Source: Candidatus Methanomethylophilaceae archaeon (GTDB taxonomy: Archaea; Thermoplasmatota; Thermoplasmata; Methanomassiliicoccales; Methanomethylophilaceae). From it: a DNA stretch of 64,000 nucleotides. The position numbers were made by a program, and so were the translations under genes. Shown piece after piece: positions 38,754 to 48,853 of this stretch. Position 1 is the stretch's first letter; the number at the start of each line of letters is the position of its first letter. Location: contig CALUHR010000009.1 in the NCBI GenBank assembly GCA_944320495.1, forward strand, positions 32,001 through 96,000, given 5' to 3'. The notes below the pieces were generated by a model. The model had not been told where the DNA came from, did not search any database, and saw nothing but the letters and a program-made list of their open reading frames with translations.

Positions 38754-39653
38754 TCAAGCGTTGATTGAGACGATCTCGATCACGAAGTACAGGGTGACGT
38801 TGCACCTCTCGGCGCAGGTCTTGTACGAGAAGGTGCTTCCGTCGACATCGGTCACGTAGACGGTGTTCCCGTCCTCGTCGATGGCCTGGAGCATCTGGAT
38901 CCCGTCGCCGGCGGCGATGGTGTTCTCGAAGGAGATGACGACCTCGTAGTTACCCTCGGAGTCGAATCCGTTGACGGTGTAGAAGACGTCGCCGAAGGCA
39001 CTGTCCTCGTTGCCGATGTAGTCGTACTTGACGCCGGTGCTGGGCATGTTGGTGATGATGACGCTGTTGTCGGTGACGTCGTAGATCACGCTGGCCTGCC
39101 ATCCGTAGGCGCTGGTGAACGCGATGGCGGATCCCGCCTTGAGGTCGACGTCGGGGTACATGTCGTCGAAGGCCTCCTTGGTCATCGTCTGCGTGGCCGG
39201 GACGCTCAGGGTGGTCGAGACGCCGTTGTGCATGGAGTCGCTGGGTGCGACGTACCCGTCTCCGACGAGGATCTCGAGCTCGATCTTGTCTCCGACCTTG
39301 TGGCCGATGAGGGCATTCTCGAAAGCGGCGAGGTAGTCCCCATCTCCGACCGTGACGTCTATGGGCTTGAAGGAGCTGGACGAGTATTCGTTCGACTTGA
39401 CGTAGCCGTCGTTGTCATCCACACCGGAGAGGCTGGTGTCGAAGACGACGGATCCGTCCTCGGTGTAGTAGCCGTAGTAGCTGCCTGTGTAGTTCACCTC
39501 GACGGTGTCTCCGTACGCGACCTTCGTGTCATCCGACTGGATGTAATGTTCGTCAACGTAGACGCCAAGGACGCCCACGCATGCCACGACGAAAACGACG
39601 AAGCAGACCGAGAAAATCGGGTCTCTCTTCTTCTTTATGCCTTCGCCTGTCAT
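38754..39653 (-). CDS. Membrane-anchored FKBP-type peptidyl-prolyl isomerase with a large insertion
   Basis: N-terminal TM; GDTVEVNYTG..VFDT, FENALIGHKVG and TLYFVIEIV motifs. Confidence 0.82.
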   Translation of the reverse strand: MTGEGIKKKRDPIFSVCFVVFVVACVGVLGVYVDEHYIQSDDTKVAYGDTVEVNYTGSYYGYYTEDGSVVFDTSLSGVDDNDGYVKSNEYSSSSFKPIDVTVGDGDYLAAFENALIGHKVGDKIELEILVGDGYVAPSDSMHNGVSTTLSVPATQTMTKEAFDDMYPDVDLKAGSAIAFTSAYGWQASVIYDVTDNSVIITNMPSTGVKYDYIGNEDSAFGDVFYTVNGFDSEGNYEVVISFENTIAAGDGIQMLQAIDEDGNTVYVTDVDGSTFSYKTCAERCNVTLYFVIEIVSINA

Positions 39654-39737
39654 CTGATATCGGAAGGCACCGATACCCTTGTTATAGATAAAGGGTTCGT
39701 AGAGGCGTTCAGCATCGGGGATGATGTGCCAGAGCCT

Positions 39738-40325
39738 TCATCTGACCCTGAAGTTGACGCCCCATCCGCGGGCCATCTCCCAGCATCTCTCCTCGGACTC
39801 GGGAGGGATCGTGCCTCCGACGACGGAGACCGTGACGTCGTCTAGGCAGCGGCTGATCTCCTCGATGAACTCCAGGATCGCCGGGTACGAGCGGTCCCCG
39901 AAGGCCGGGCGGCAGAGCTCCTCGTACTCCTCGGCCGAGGAGGCGTTGAGACTCACCGAGACCGCGTCCAGGACATGTGCCAGATCAGGGACGATGTCTC
40001 TTCCGTTGATGAGGCTCCCGAGCCCGTTGGTGTCCAGGCGGACCCTGGCCCCGACCTCCGACCTTATGCGGCGCGCTATGGTCAGGAGGTCGTCCAGGCG
40101 CTCCGTGGGCTCCCCGTATCCGCAGAACACGATCTCCCTGGCGTCGCTCGCCCTCTCGATTATCTCGGACACGACCTCGTCGGAGGTCGGCTCACGGTCG
40201 AGCCAGAGGTCGTCCGCGTCCCCCAGACGGCGGGTGGCGTTCCTGACGCAGAACGTGCAGGCGCACGGGCATCTGTTGGTCATGTTGATGTACCAGGTGG
40301 ACCCGTAGCGGTAGAGGATGCTCAT
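39738..40325 (-). CDS. Short radical SAM protein (TatD-associated type)
   Basis: YINMTNRCPCACTFC, VFCGYGEP, LDTNG and VSLNA motifs. Confidence 0.85.
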   Translation of the reverse strand: MSILYRYGSTWYINMTNRCPCACTFCVRNATRRLGDADDLWLDREPTSDEVVSEIIERASDAREIVFCGYGEPTERLDDLLTIARRIRSEVGARVRLDTNGLGSLINGRDIVPDLAHVLDAVSVSLNASSAEEYEELCRPAFGDRSYPAILEFIEEISRCLDDVTVSVVGGTIPPESEERCWEMARGWGVNFRVR

Positions 40326-40407
40326 CGTCCCGTACTTCGACGGCATCCATGATAAACCTGTTCGATCAACGGGAAACGCCGTATACTGGAGCGCCGTTCC
40401 CCTGTTC

Positions 40408-41061
40408 ATGTTCGATCTTTACGTCGTCACCGATTCCGACCTCTCCCGCGGACGCACCGACGCCGAGACGGCGCGTCTCGCCTACGAGGGTGGCGCCGAT
40501 GCGGTGCAGCTCAGGATGAAGCACACCGACGGAGGGGAGATGCTTGCCCAGGCGAGGGAGATCGCGGCGATGGCGCAGGAGATGGGACGGTTCTTCTTCG
40601 TGAACGATCGCGTGGACGTCGCCATGGCCTCCGGCGCAGACGGCGTCCATCTGGGTCAGTCGGACATCCCCGTGGGGACGGCGAGGAGGCTCATGGGGGA
40701 CGACGCGATCATCGGAGTCTCCGTGCAGACGGTCGAACAGGCGGTGGCCGCCGTCGAGGGCGGCGCGGATTATCTCGGCGTCGGGTCCATCTTCAGGACG
40801 TCGACCAAGCCCGACGCCGTCCAGGCGCTAGGACTCGGTGCCGTGTTCGAGATAAGGCAGGCCGTGGACGTACCGATTGTCGCCATCGGCGGGATAAACC
40901 GCGGGAACATCCAGGATGTCATACGCGCAGGAGCGGATGCGGCAGCGGTGGTCTCGGCCGTCGTCGCCCAGGACGATCCCCGTGCCGCCGCCCACGAGCT
41001 CAGGGATCTTATCCTCAAGGTCAGGCCGCACGTGGTCCCGGAGGAGGTCCCTGAGGACCGA
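40408..41061 (+). CDS. thiE: Thiamine-phosphate synthase; ends at CGA 41059-41061 (standard-code end 41109)
   Basis: LYVVTD, VQLRMK, VNDRVD, GVHLGQSD, GSIFRTSTK and AIGGI motifs. Confidence 0.93.
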
Positions 41062-41129
41062 TCGTCCTCACACGCTTTCCGAGCGTCCCCTCCCTTCTTT
41101 AATATATAACAGAGGGCCTAGCCCCCTCC

Positions 41130-43604
41130 ATGCGTCCACAGGAAGACTATCTGCGCGATTTCGCCATCCTGATGACGGACAAGGGGGTCGTGGCCGTATC
41201 TGACCCTCAGCAGATAGCCGTTTACGATTACCTAGACCATTCCGGCAGGAGGAGGCCCAGCGACATAGCCGACGCTCTCGGCCTGCCGTCTTCGTCCCTG
41301 CACTTCGTGCTGGACAAGATGGTCGATTCGGGGATCATTATGAGGTCCAAGCCGGACCCGGCGAAGAAGGAGGTGTACTACTCGGTCCTCGCCCAGAAGA
41401 TCGCGGGCTCCGCCGAACCGTCCCCGACCGCCGCAGAGGATTGCCAGAGGGTGTTCGCCCATCAGGATGACAAGTACCGCGGCGTGGCCAGTGTGGCCAA
41501 CATGTTCGAGAGCTACGCCGCCGAGATCGGGCTGGAGCACAGCCAGCTGAGGTCCAGGTACGTAAGGGACCTGGCCGCCGCCATGAGGGACGATATCGGC
41601 ACTGGGGCGCTGGAGTCGGTGATGCAGGCCATAAAGGACCGCTTCACCGCGCTCACCGGGTACAGGATGAGCGTCTACTCTCTGAATCCGCCCACGATCA
41701 TCTTCGAGGGTGACAAGATTCTGTCCTCCAACATGGACATGCTGTCCGGTCTGGTATCGTTCATGATGACCAACGCCACGGGCAGGACCCTCGGGGTCAG
41801 GTCCGTCGAGGACTTCAGCAACGAGGAGACGTCCAGGTTCAAGGTCACATACGACCGCGTGGAGGAGGCTCCTGAGCCGTACATCAACACTTCGCTCCCC
41901 CAGCTCGGGGAGCCGGAGAGGTTCCTGGTCCTGGACATCGACGGGCGCGTCGCGCTGCTGCTGAACGACATCCAGACCAAGCTGGTGGACGCCATCTACG
42001 AGAGGCCTCTCTGCGTGACGGACGTGGTGAACACGGTCGGGATGCCCAGGTCCACCGTGACGACCAATCTGCTCAGGATGGTCGAGGAGGGAGTGGCATC
42101 CGTGTTCTACTCCGAGTCCGGGGCCTTGTACTACGGTCTCAGCTGCTCGATCCTCATGAAGAGGGTGCGTAGGGTCAGCAGGGATTCGACCCTCACGAGG
42201 GCCGCGGTGAGGTCGGCGATCTCCGGCAACGCGTTCCTGGAGGGCTATCTCCAGTACATGCTCGCGTCACTGCAGGAGCTCGGTTTCGAGACCGACTACC
42301 TGATGGTCGTCCTGGGCGCCAAGTACATGAGGGTCGCCGGACAGGACGGACCCAAGAACTTCGATTCTTACTTCGGCAAGATGTCGGACATCGCCAAGGT
42401 GTTCGGGCTGTCGCTGAGCGTCGTCTCGGTGTACCCGCTGACCATCGGCATCACCAAGGACGGCGAGGGGGAGGCCCCGGCGCCGGCCATGACCTTCGTG
42501 AAGGGGATGGCTCATCAGGGACTGGAGATGGCCTCCTCGGGAATATTCGTCAGAGTCTCGGAGGAGACGCCTGACGACATGCGCGTGTCGTTCAAGGAGA
42601 TCTACCCGTCGCTGAGCATGACGCCGGCGGCGGGATCCGAGGCCGAAGCGGAGGCCGAGGCCGCGCCGACCAAGAAGAAGAGGACGTCCTCCGTCAGGGA
42701 GGCGCTTCGCAACAGGAGCGCCAGGTCCGACGGCAGCCCCGTCAGGACGATGCGCTACATCACCGGCATAGCCGTGGTGCTGTTCGCCGCCGTGCTCGTG
42801 GTCTTCTCGATGGGAGGCGGTATGGACAATACCGCCACCGCCGAGACATATACGATAGATGTCGACGCCGAGGGCGTCACGCTCTACGACGTGACCGGTG
42901 TCGAGATCGAGATGCCCTATGTCGTCCCCGCCAACGGCACCGTGTCGTTCTCCGTCGACCTCGGAGAAGCAGAGGCCGTGGGCATGGTCATCAACGGCAA
43001 GGCGATCCCGCTCGACCGGATGTACGAGGCCGTCGACGGCGTGTACACTGTGACCGTGGACCGCGATATGGATCTCGAGGAGCTCAGGACCGTAACCGTG
43101 TCGAACGGGCTGTCCGCCAGCATCTACGATTTCGGCTATGCGGTCGATGCCTCCTACGCATACAACTTCGACGGGTACTACTCGGCCGTCGACTACATCT
43201 CCTCCGCAGGGGCCCTCTGGACCACCGCGGACGCGTGGATGGTGCTCACGCCCGGCGAGAACGGATACGTCTCCATCGATGACGACGCCGATGTGTACCT
43301 GGACAGGATCGTCGTCCCCGCATGGAGCGACGTCTCCGCCTCGTCTGAGACGCTCCCCGCCGACTACGTCACGGTGGACCTGCAGGGCGAGTACGAGGTC
43401 TGCGGATTCCATGTCGAGGGCGAGATGAAGGTCGCCGCGGGAGAATCCGTGACGCTGGAGTTCGTCAGCACCGACGGTCCCGTCGTCCTCACGCTGACCG
43501 AGGGCGGAAGGGAGTCCAATCTCCCGATGTCGCTCGACCGGACGTTCGTCCTCGAGGTCGACGCCGATTCGACGGTGTCGTACCAGCACACGATCGTACG
43601 CTGA
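41130..43604 (+). CDS. Membrane-anchored regulator: two wHTH-containing modules, a TM helix and an extracellular beta domain
   Basis: RPSDIADALGLPSSSLHFVLDKMVDSG and CVTDVVNTVGMPRSTVTTNLLRMVEEG; TM ITGIAVVLFAAVLVVF; acidic beta-rich C-terminus. Confidence 0.75.
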   Translation: MRPQEDYLRDFAILMTDKGVVAVSDPQQIAVYDYLDHSGRRRPSDIADALGLPSSSLHFVLDKMVDSGIIMRSKPDPAKKEVYYSVLAQKIAGSAEPSPTAAEDCQRVFAHQDDKYRGVASVANMFESYAAEIGLEHSQLRSRYVRDLAAAMRDDIGTGALESVMQAIKDRFTALTGYRMSVYSLNPPTIIFEGDKILSSNMDMLSGLVSFMMTNATGRTLGVRSVEDFSNEETSRFKVTYDRVEEAPEPYINTSLPQLGEPERFLVLDIDGRVALLLNDIQTKLVDAIYERPLCVTDVVNTVGMPRSTVTTNLLRMVEEGVASVFYSESGALYYGLSCSILMKRVRRVSRDSTLTRAAVRSAISGNAFLEGYLQYMLASLQELGFETDYLMVVLGAKYMRVAGQDGPKNFDSYFGKMSDIAKVFGLSLSVVSVYPLTIGITKDGEGEAPAPAMTFVKGMAHQGLEMASSGIFVRVSEETPDDMRVSFKEIYPSLSMTPAAGSEAEAEAEAAPTKKKRTSSVREALRNRSARSDGSPVRTMRYITGIAVVLFAAVLVVFSMGGGMDNTATAETYTIDVDAEGVTLYDVTGVEIEMPYVVPANGTVSFSVDLGEAEAVGMVINGKAIPLDRMYEAVDGVYTVTVDRDMDLEELRTVTVSNGLSASIYDFGYAVDASYAYNFDGYYSAVDYISSAGALWTTADAWMVLTPGENGYVSIDDDADVYLDRIVVPAWSDVSASSETLPADYVTVDLQGEYEVCGFHVEGEMKVAAGESVTLEFVSTDGPVVLTLTEGGRESNLPMSLDRTFVLEVDADSTVSYQHTIVR

Positions 43605-43620
43605 AACCAATTCCCCTGCC

Positions 43621-44850
43621 ATGCGCTGTCCGAACTGCGGAGCCGACGTGGTGGGGGATTCCCCATTCTGTCCTAGCTGCGGAGCCGACCTGACCTCCAA
43701 GGTGCGCTCCCGCAGGAGGTTTCTGCTCAACGTGGACCGTGGCGTCCGTCATGGGGCTGCCGCGGCGATCACGTTCATGGCCGTGGTGTCGGTCCTAGCC
43801 GTGGTCCTGTCCGCATTCCCTGCTCCCGCGGTGGAGTCCCCGGGACCGGACGACACCTTCCTACCGCCCGATGACGCCATGGAGCTGAACGACGGATACG
43901 TCGTCCTCGGCGGTGCGTTCTCCGACGGGACCATGTCCGCCAAGGTGGACGGCGAGGGATATCTGGACATCACATTATCGGATGCCGTCGCCGACGGATG
44001 CCACACGTTCCTGTGGGATTTCAGGGACGTCGCCTCTGCGGAATCGTACATGCTGACCAAGACGGAGCAGCAGTATCCGGGCGCGGCATCGACCCTCGAG
44101 TGGATCGAGCCGGACTACGGCGAGTGGACCGTCACGGTGACGTGCGTGTCCGACGAGGGCCAGACCGTCGTTCGGGGGACCATATCGTATTACGGAGACC
44201 TGGAGGAGACAATGGTCTGGGAGCACGAGGGCAGGACCCTCAGGGTGACCTACGGGATATCCCTGGGAGTGTACGCCGCCGCTCTGACGGCCGACTTGCC
44301 AAGGGAGGAGGACTCCGTGTCTGCGGCGCTCGGATGCGTGGATGCGGATGCGGCATCCGCCCTCGAGTCGCTGATCTGGGAGGCATACTCCTCCACGTTC
44401 ACCTTCGACCGCTCGTCCACGGACTACGCCCGCTGCATCCTGTCGTTCGTATCATCATGCATAGAAACTCGCGACGACCTCACCGCGTTCGGCACCTCGG
44501 TGTACTGGAGCACTCCCGTCGAGACCCTGTACAACGGCTACGGCGACACGGGGGACAAGGCCGTCCTCGCAGCGTCCCTTCTGGTTGCCGCCGGCTTCGA
44601 TGTGGCGCTGGCGGATCTGCCGGGGATCTGGGCTGTCGCCTTGTCCGGATGCATGGTCGGGTCCGATGTCCCATCGGGATATGCGGTCCTGGGGATCCCT
44701 GTCGGCGGAACCCTCTACCACGTCTGCTCCGTGGACGGGTTCATGGGCATCGGGATCATGCCGGACCTTTACGGGTACGACGGCGGGATAACCTTCTGCG
44801 GGGAGGTGGCGGGCGGAAGGTACGGACTGACGCTCTGCACAACGAATTAA
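43621..44850 (+). CDS. Zinc-ribbon/TM protein with a degenerate transglutaminase-like domain
   Basis: MRCPNCG...CPSCG; TM; YW.TPVETL..G.GDTGD. Confidence 0.75.
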   Translation: MRCPNCGADVVGDSPFCPSCGADLTSKVRSRRRFLLNVDRGVRHGAAAAITFMAVVSVLAVVLSAFPAPAVESPGPDDTFLPPDDAMELNDGYVVLGGAFSDGTMSAKVDGEGYLDITLSDAVADGCHTFLWDFRDVASAESYMLTKTEQQYPGAASTLEWIEPDYGEWTVTVTCVSDEGQTVVRGTISYYGDLEETMVWEHEGRTLRVTYGISLGVYAAALTADLPREEDSVSAALGCVDADAASALESLIWEAYSSTFTFDRSSTDYARCILSFVSSCIETRDDLTAFGTSVYWSTPVETLYNGYGDTGDKAVLAASLLVAAGFDVALADLPGIWAVALSGCMVGSDVPSGYAVLGIPVGGTLYHVCSVDGFMGIGIMPDLYGYDGGITFCGEVAGGRYGLTLCTTN

Positions 44851-44873
44851 TACCGATTGGCAGTCGGCGGTCC

Positions 44874-45254
44874 ATGGCTTTCGGATCCGGCGCTCCATCG
44901 GAGGAGTACAAGCTCGTCGTCCTCGTAAGGACGGATCTCGACATGGGCAAGGGCAAGATCGCGGCCCAGGTCGGTCACGCCTCGGTCGAATGCGCCCTGA
45001 GGGCCGAGAAGAAGGACAAGCGCGCCTTCGACATCTGGATGAACGGCGGTCAGAAGAAGGTCGTCCTCAAGGTCGCCAACAAGGACGAGATGGTCCGCTA
45101 CATGTCCGAGGCCAAGAGCCGCGGGCTCTACGCGTGCATGATCACCGATGCCGGCCGCACCGAGGTCGAGCCCGGGACCAACACCTGCGTCGGCATTGGT
45201 CCCGCCCCCGGCTCCGAGATAGACCGCGTGACCGGCGGCCTCAAGATGCTCCGA
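44874..45254 (+). CDS. pth2: Peptidyl-tRNA hydrolase Pth2; ends at CGA 45252-45254 (standard-code end 45356)
   Basis: KLVVLVRTDL.MGKGKIAAQVGHA, QKKVVLK and DAGRTEV.PG motifs; TGGLKML terminus. Confidence 0.95.
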
Positions 45255-45768
45255 TCGCGGTCAGCCTGCCGCTGCGGGTGTCGAAGACATACCCGCGCAC
45301 GGCCACATCCGAGGGGATCAGCGGGTGCCCGCTTATCAGCCGGACCGTGGACATGACCTCGTCCTTGGGGCCGGCCAGTCCGTTCAGCCAGCCGTCGATG
45401 TCCGCCGACTCGATCGCGGCCTCATCTATTCCCCTGGCCTTCATGTGCTCCCTCATCCCGTCCGCCGTCACCTTGCGGGCACCGCAGTCGGTGTGGCCGA
45501 TGACGGCTATCTCGGTGACCCCCAGTTCGTAGACCGCGATGAGCACCGAGTGCATGGTGTCGCCGTAGGGGTCTCTGATGCTGGCCCCGGAGTTCCTGAT
45601 CATCGCCGCGTCGCCGTCGCGGATCCCCAGAGCCCAGGGCAGGAGGCGGGTCAGGCGGGCGTCCATGCATGATATCACGGCGAGGCCCATCCTCGGGACC
45701 TTCGGCGCATCCTCCATCTCCGCGGATCCAAGGAACACGCGGTTGTTCTCGAGGAGCCGGTCGCTCAC
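45241..45768 (-). CDS. Beta-class carbonic anhydrase
   Basis: SCMDARL, IRNSGA and GHTDCG motifs; GTG start. Confidence 0.9.
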   Translation of the reverse strand: MSDRLLENNRVFLGSAEMEDAPKVPRMGLAVISCMDARLTRLLPWALGIRDGDAAMIRNSGASIRDPYGDTMHSVLIAVYELGVTEIAVIGHTDCGARKVTADGMREHMKARGIDEAAIESADIDGWLNGLAGPKDEVMSTVRLISGHPLIPSDVAVRGYVFDTRSGRLTAIGAS

Positions 45769-46556
45769 AGCTCCTCCCACCTCGCACGGGAGTCCACGGT
45801 CTCGGAATCCATGGAGTCGAGGGCGTCGAGCAGGGCCGGACGGAACGTCCCGGGTCCGCTGCATCTCGTGGCGGCGATCTCCGCGGCTACGTTGAACACC
45901 GTGATCGCGGATGCCACAGACTCCAGGGACGGGCCGCAGGCGCCGACGTAGCATCCGACCACGGACGACAGCATGCATCCGGTGCCCGACACGCGGGACT
46001 GGTAGCTGCTGCCGTTGGACAGTCTCAGGACGGTCCTGCCGTCGGAGACGTAGTCCGTCTCACCGGTGGCCGCGACCACGCATCCGTAGGATTCCGCCAG
46101 ACTCCTGACGCTCTCGGCCTCATCCGACGAACCGCGGGAGTCCACGCCCTCGACCCTCCCTCCGAGTCCGGAGAGCACGCCGATCTCACCGGCGTTCCCC
46201 TTGATGACGGCCGGATTCAGCCCCATGAGCATGCGGGCGGTCTCGGTGCGGTATCCGGTGGCTCCCGCTCCCACGGGGTCCAGGATCATCGGGACGCCCT
46301 TCGAACGGGCGCATTCGGCGGCGATGCGCATGGAGCCGACGGTCCTCTCGTTCAGGGTGCCGATGTTCAGGACCGTGGCCGAGGAGATGGCCACCATCTC
46401 GGGGACGTCCTCGGCGGCATCGGTCATAACCGGCGATCCGCCGGCGCAGATGCACACGTTGGCGCAGTCGTTGACTGTGACATAGTTGGTGATGTGGTGC
46501 ACCAGCGGGACGGTCCCTCTCACACGGGCCATGAACTCGGAAGGTCTGGCGTTCAT
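45765..46556 (-). CDS. thiM: Hydroxyethylthiazole kinase
   Basis: PLVHHITNYV, LNIGTL, LDPVGAGA, IKGNAGEI and SGTGC motifs. Confidence 0.95.
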   Translation of the reverse strand: MNARPSEFMARVRGTVPLVHHITNYVTVNDCANVCICAGGSPVMTDAAEDVPEMVAISSATVLNIGTLNERTVGSMRIAAECARSKGVPMILDPVGAGATGYRTETARMLMGLNPAVIKGNAGEIGVLSGLGGRVEGVDSRGSSDEAESVRSLAESYGCVVAATGETDYVSDGRTVLRLSNGSSYQSRVSGTGCMLSSVVGCYVGACGPSLESVASAITVFNVAAEIAATRCSGPGTFRPALLDALDSMDSETVDSRARWEEL

Positions 46557-46590
46557 GCGCACCGTTATGCCCGTCGTCTATAACCGACCA

Positions 46591-48279
46591 TCGGACCGAC
46601 TCGATCCTGCATGCGAAGATCGCATCCTCCGGGTGATGCCCTTCGGACGTGTCCCCGATCTCGAAGGAATCCCCGCTGGTCTCGCAGAGGACGAACCTGT
46701 ACCCCAGTATCTCGATGCCGTATCCGGGGGCGTCCAGATCCACGGCGGGCATCGCATGGTCGTCGAAGAGCAGGAACGCCGTCCGATAGCCGGAGAGGCC
46801 CATGATCGTGCCGAACAGGAACGTGGTGTCCTCGCAGTCCCCGCCACCGTCCCACAGGGTCTCCACCGGGAACTTCCAGTACTCATGGGATCCGCGCGTG
46901 TCGATGTCCTCCAGGTACGGCACCGACTGGACGAACTCGAGGACGAACTCCGCGTACTGCAGCCTGTCCAGCCCGGAGCCGAGCTCCATCAGCTTCTCGG
47001 CCATCCTGACGATGACGGGGTCGTCCGGCGTGTAGAACGTCTCCATGTGGGACTGGTAATGCTGTGCGAACCTGGGAAGGGTCGGATCATCATACTCATG
47101 GGCGTACGCCTGGCTGAGGAACACCGTGTCGGAGTACCGGTACCTGATGCCGTCGTACACCCAGGTGAATGAGAACGTCCTCTCGTCCTCGATGAGGAAC
47201 TCGAGGGTGGTGGTGACGCCGTCGATGGCCTTGGTCGCCGTGTACAGCCCCGGGGACTCAGGGCGTGCGACTGCTCCTCCCGAGGCATCGGTGATCTCCG
47301 CGTCTCCGAACCCCATGTCGATGACGTCCTGGAAGCCACTGACGACGACGTATCCGCTCGATGCGCAGGCGCGATAGACGTCGGACGGGGACGGCATGAG
47401 CACCGTGAGCGTGCGGTCGGTGGTGGCGAGGTGGCCGTTCACGTACCATCCCTCGAAACCGTCCCCGTAGGCGTACAGGAACAGCGGCTTGTTGGCATCC
47501 GCCTCCATGACCTCCACCGTCAGCGGATGGTCCGCGTAAACGTTCGGGGCGAACGATGTGTCCGGGTCGTAGCCGAAGACCTCTGTGGTCTCGTAGACGA
47601 CCGTCCCCTCGGTACCCATCCGGGATTCGATCATCATCGGAATCAGGAGGTCCTTGACCCACATGGTGTCGCCGCCCCTGGTCCAGACAGTGACCCTCTC
47701 CTCTCCCATGAACTGGTTGCCGGCGTACGTCCATCCGTCGGTGATGCTCCGGCACCAGCCGGAATGCGACGACCCGTCGGTCCATCCCCCGTCCGGCCAG
47801 GAGTAGAAGACGTTCCTGTCCTGGCTCACCAGCGCCATGCCGTCCCTGACGGTGTCGTAGCCCCAGGTGACGGTCCCCTCGACGGTGTGCGGGATGTCCC
47901 CGTTCCTGTACTCGCCGAAGACGTCCATGGTCCATCCGGTGCCCACGCGCGTGTCCTCCACCCATTTGGCGTAGAGGATGATGTGACCGCGGAGATCGGG
48001 GCTTATCGCCATGATGGGGTTGGTGAGAGCGGCCTCGGTGCACCATCCGGCGAACCAGTACCCTTCCCTCTCGGGGATGGGCAGGGTCGCGGAGGATCCC
48101 GCCACGTAGTATCCCGGGGCGTCCGTCGGAAGGGTTCCCCCGTCCGTGCGGTAGCTGATGTAGAACCTCTCGCCGTCCCGGACCTCCGTGTCGTCCAGCA
48201 CGGTGGTCGCGACGACCGCGGATGCGAGCGTGGCGAACGCCAGGGCAATGGCGACGGCGGCCAGCACGGACTTCCTCAT
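46591..48279 (-). CDS. Secreted protein with InlB B-repeat and C-terminal transglutaminase-like Cys protease domain; ends at CGA 46593-46591 (standard-code end 46186)
   Basis: Signal/TM segment; LPIPEREGYWFAGW...LYAKW; FVQSVPY, YWKFPVETL..GGGDCED and DH motifs. Confidence 0.8.
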
Positions 48280-48355
48280 GGCCGGGGCATCCGTCTATCA
48301 TCCTTAAATCATGCAGACCGACAGGCTTTAACGCCGTTGATTCATTCACCCGGAC

Positions 48356-48763
48356 ATGGCGATGATCGACATCGAGTACAGGCACCCCGAGGCGGATCCG
48401 GACGACCCCACCATAAGGCGTCGCACGAACGCCGTCATGTCCCAGTACATCAGGGACCTCATCTTCGAGATGCAGATGGCGGACATCTCGTGCGCGTTCA
48501 AGGAGACCGTGACGGAGGACGGCACCAGGGACGTCAGGATAAACGGCAGGACGATCCCGGAGATCATCGAGGGGCTCCAGATCAAGATGCTCGAGGAGGA
48601 GGACTCCTGCGACCTCGGGAGCACCAGGATGGTCAAGTTCGGCAGGCCCACCCTGGACTGGAAGAGGGAGTGGGTCGAGGACGTGCCCGACACCATCATG
48701 AAGAACGCGATCGCCAAGGTGTTCGCGGACGAGAACAGGAACAGGATCGACGTCATCAACTGA
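48356..48763 (+). CDS. Hypothetical protein
   Basis: 135-aa ORF with TATA-like element at about -25 and host codon use. Confidence 0.7.
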   Translation: MAMIDIEYRHPEADPDDPTIRRRTNAVMSQYIRDLIFEMQMADISCAFKETVTEDGTRDVRINGRTIPEIIEGLQIKMLEEEDSCDLGSTRMVKFGRPTLDWKREWVEDVPDTIMKNAIAKVFADENRNRIDVIN

Positions 48764-48853
48764 AACGGTCCCGGGCCGCCGCACGGCGGTCCCCGACCTT
48801 CCAGGTCCCATCGGACCATCACCCTTATGAGAGGCCCCGCCATCGCAACGGCC

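Noticed and set aside
39738-40325. Radical SAM gene as the missing pylB
   Set aside because: At 195 aa with TatD-associated motifs, it is far shorter than and unlike the BioB-like PylB.
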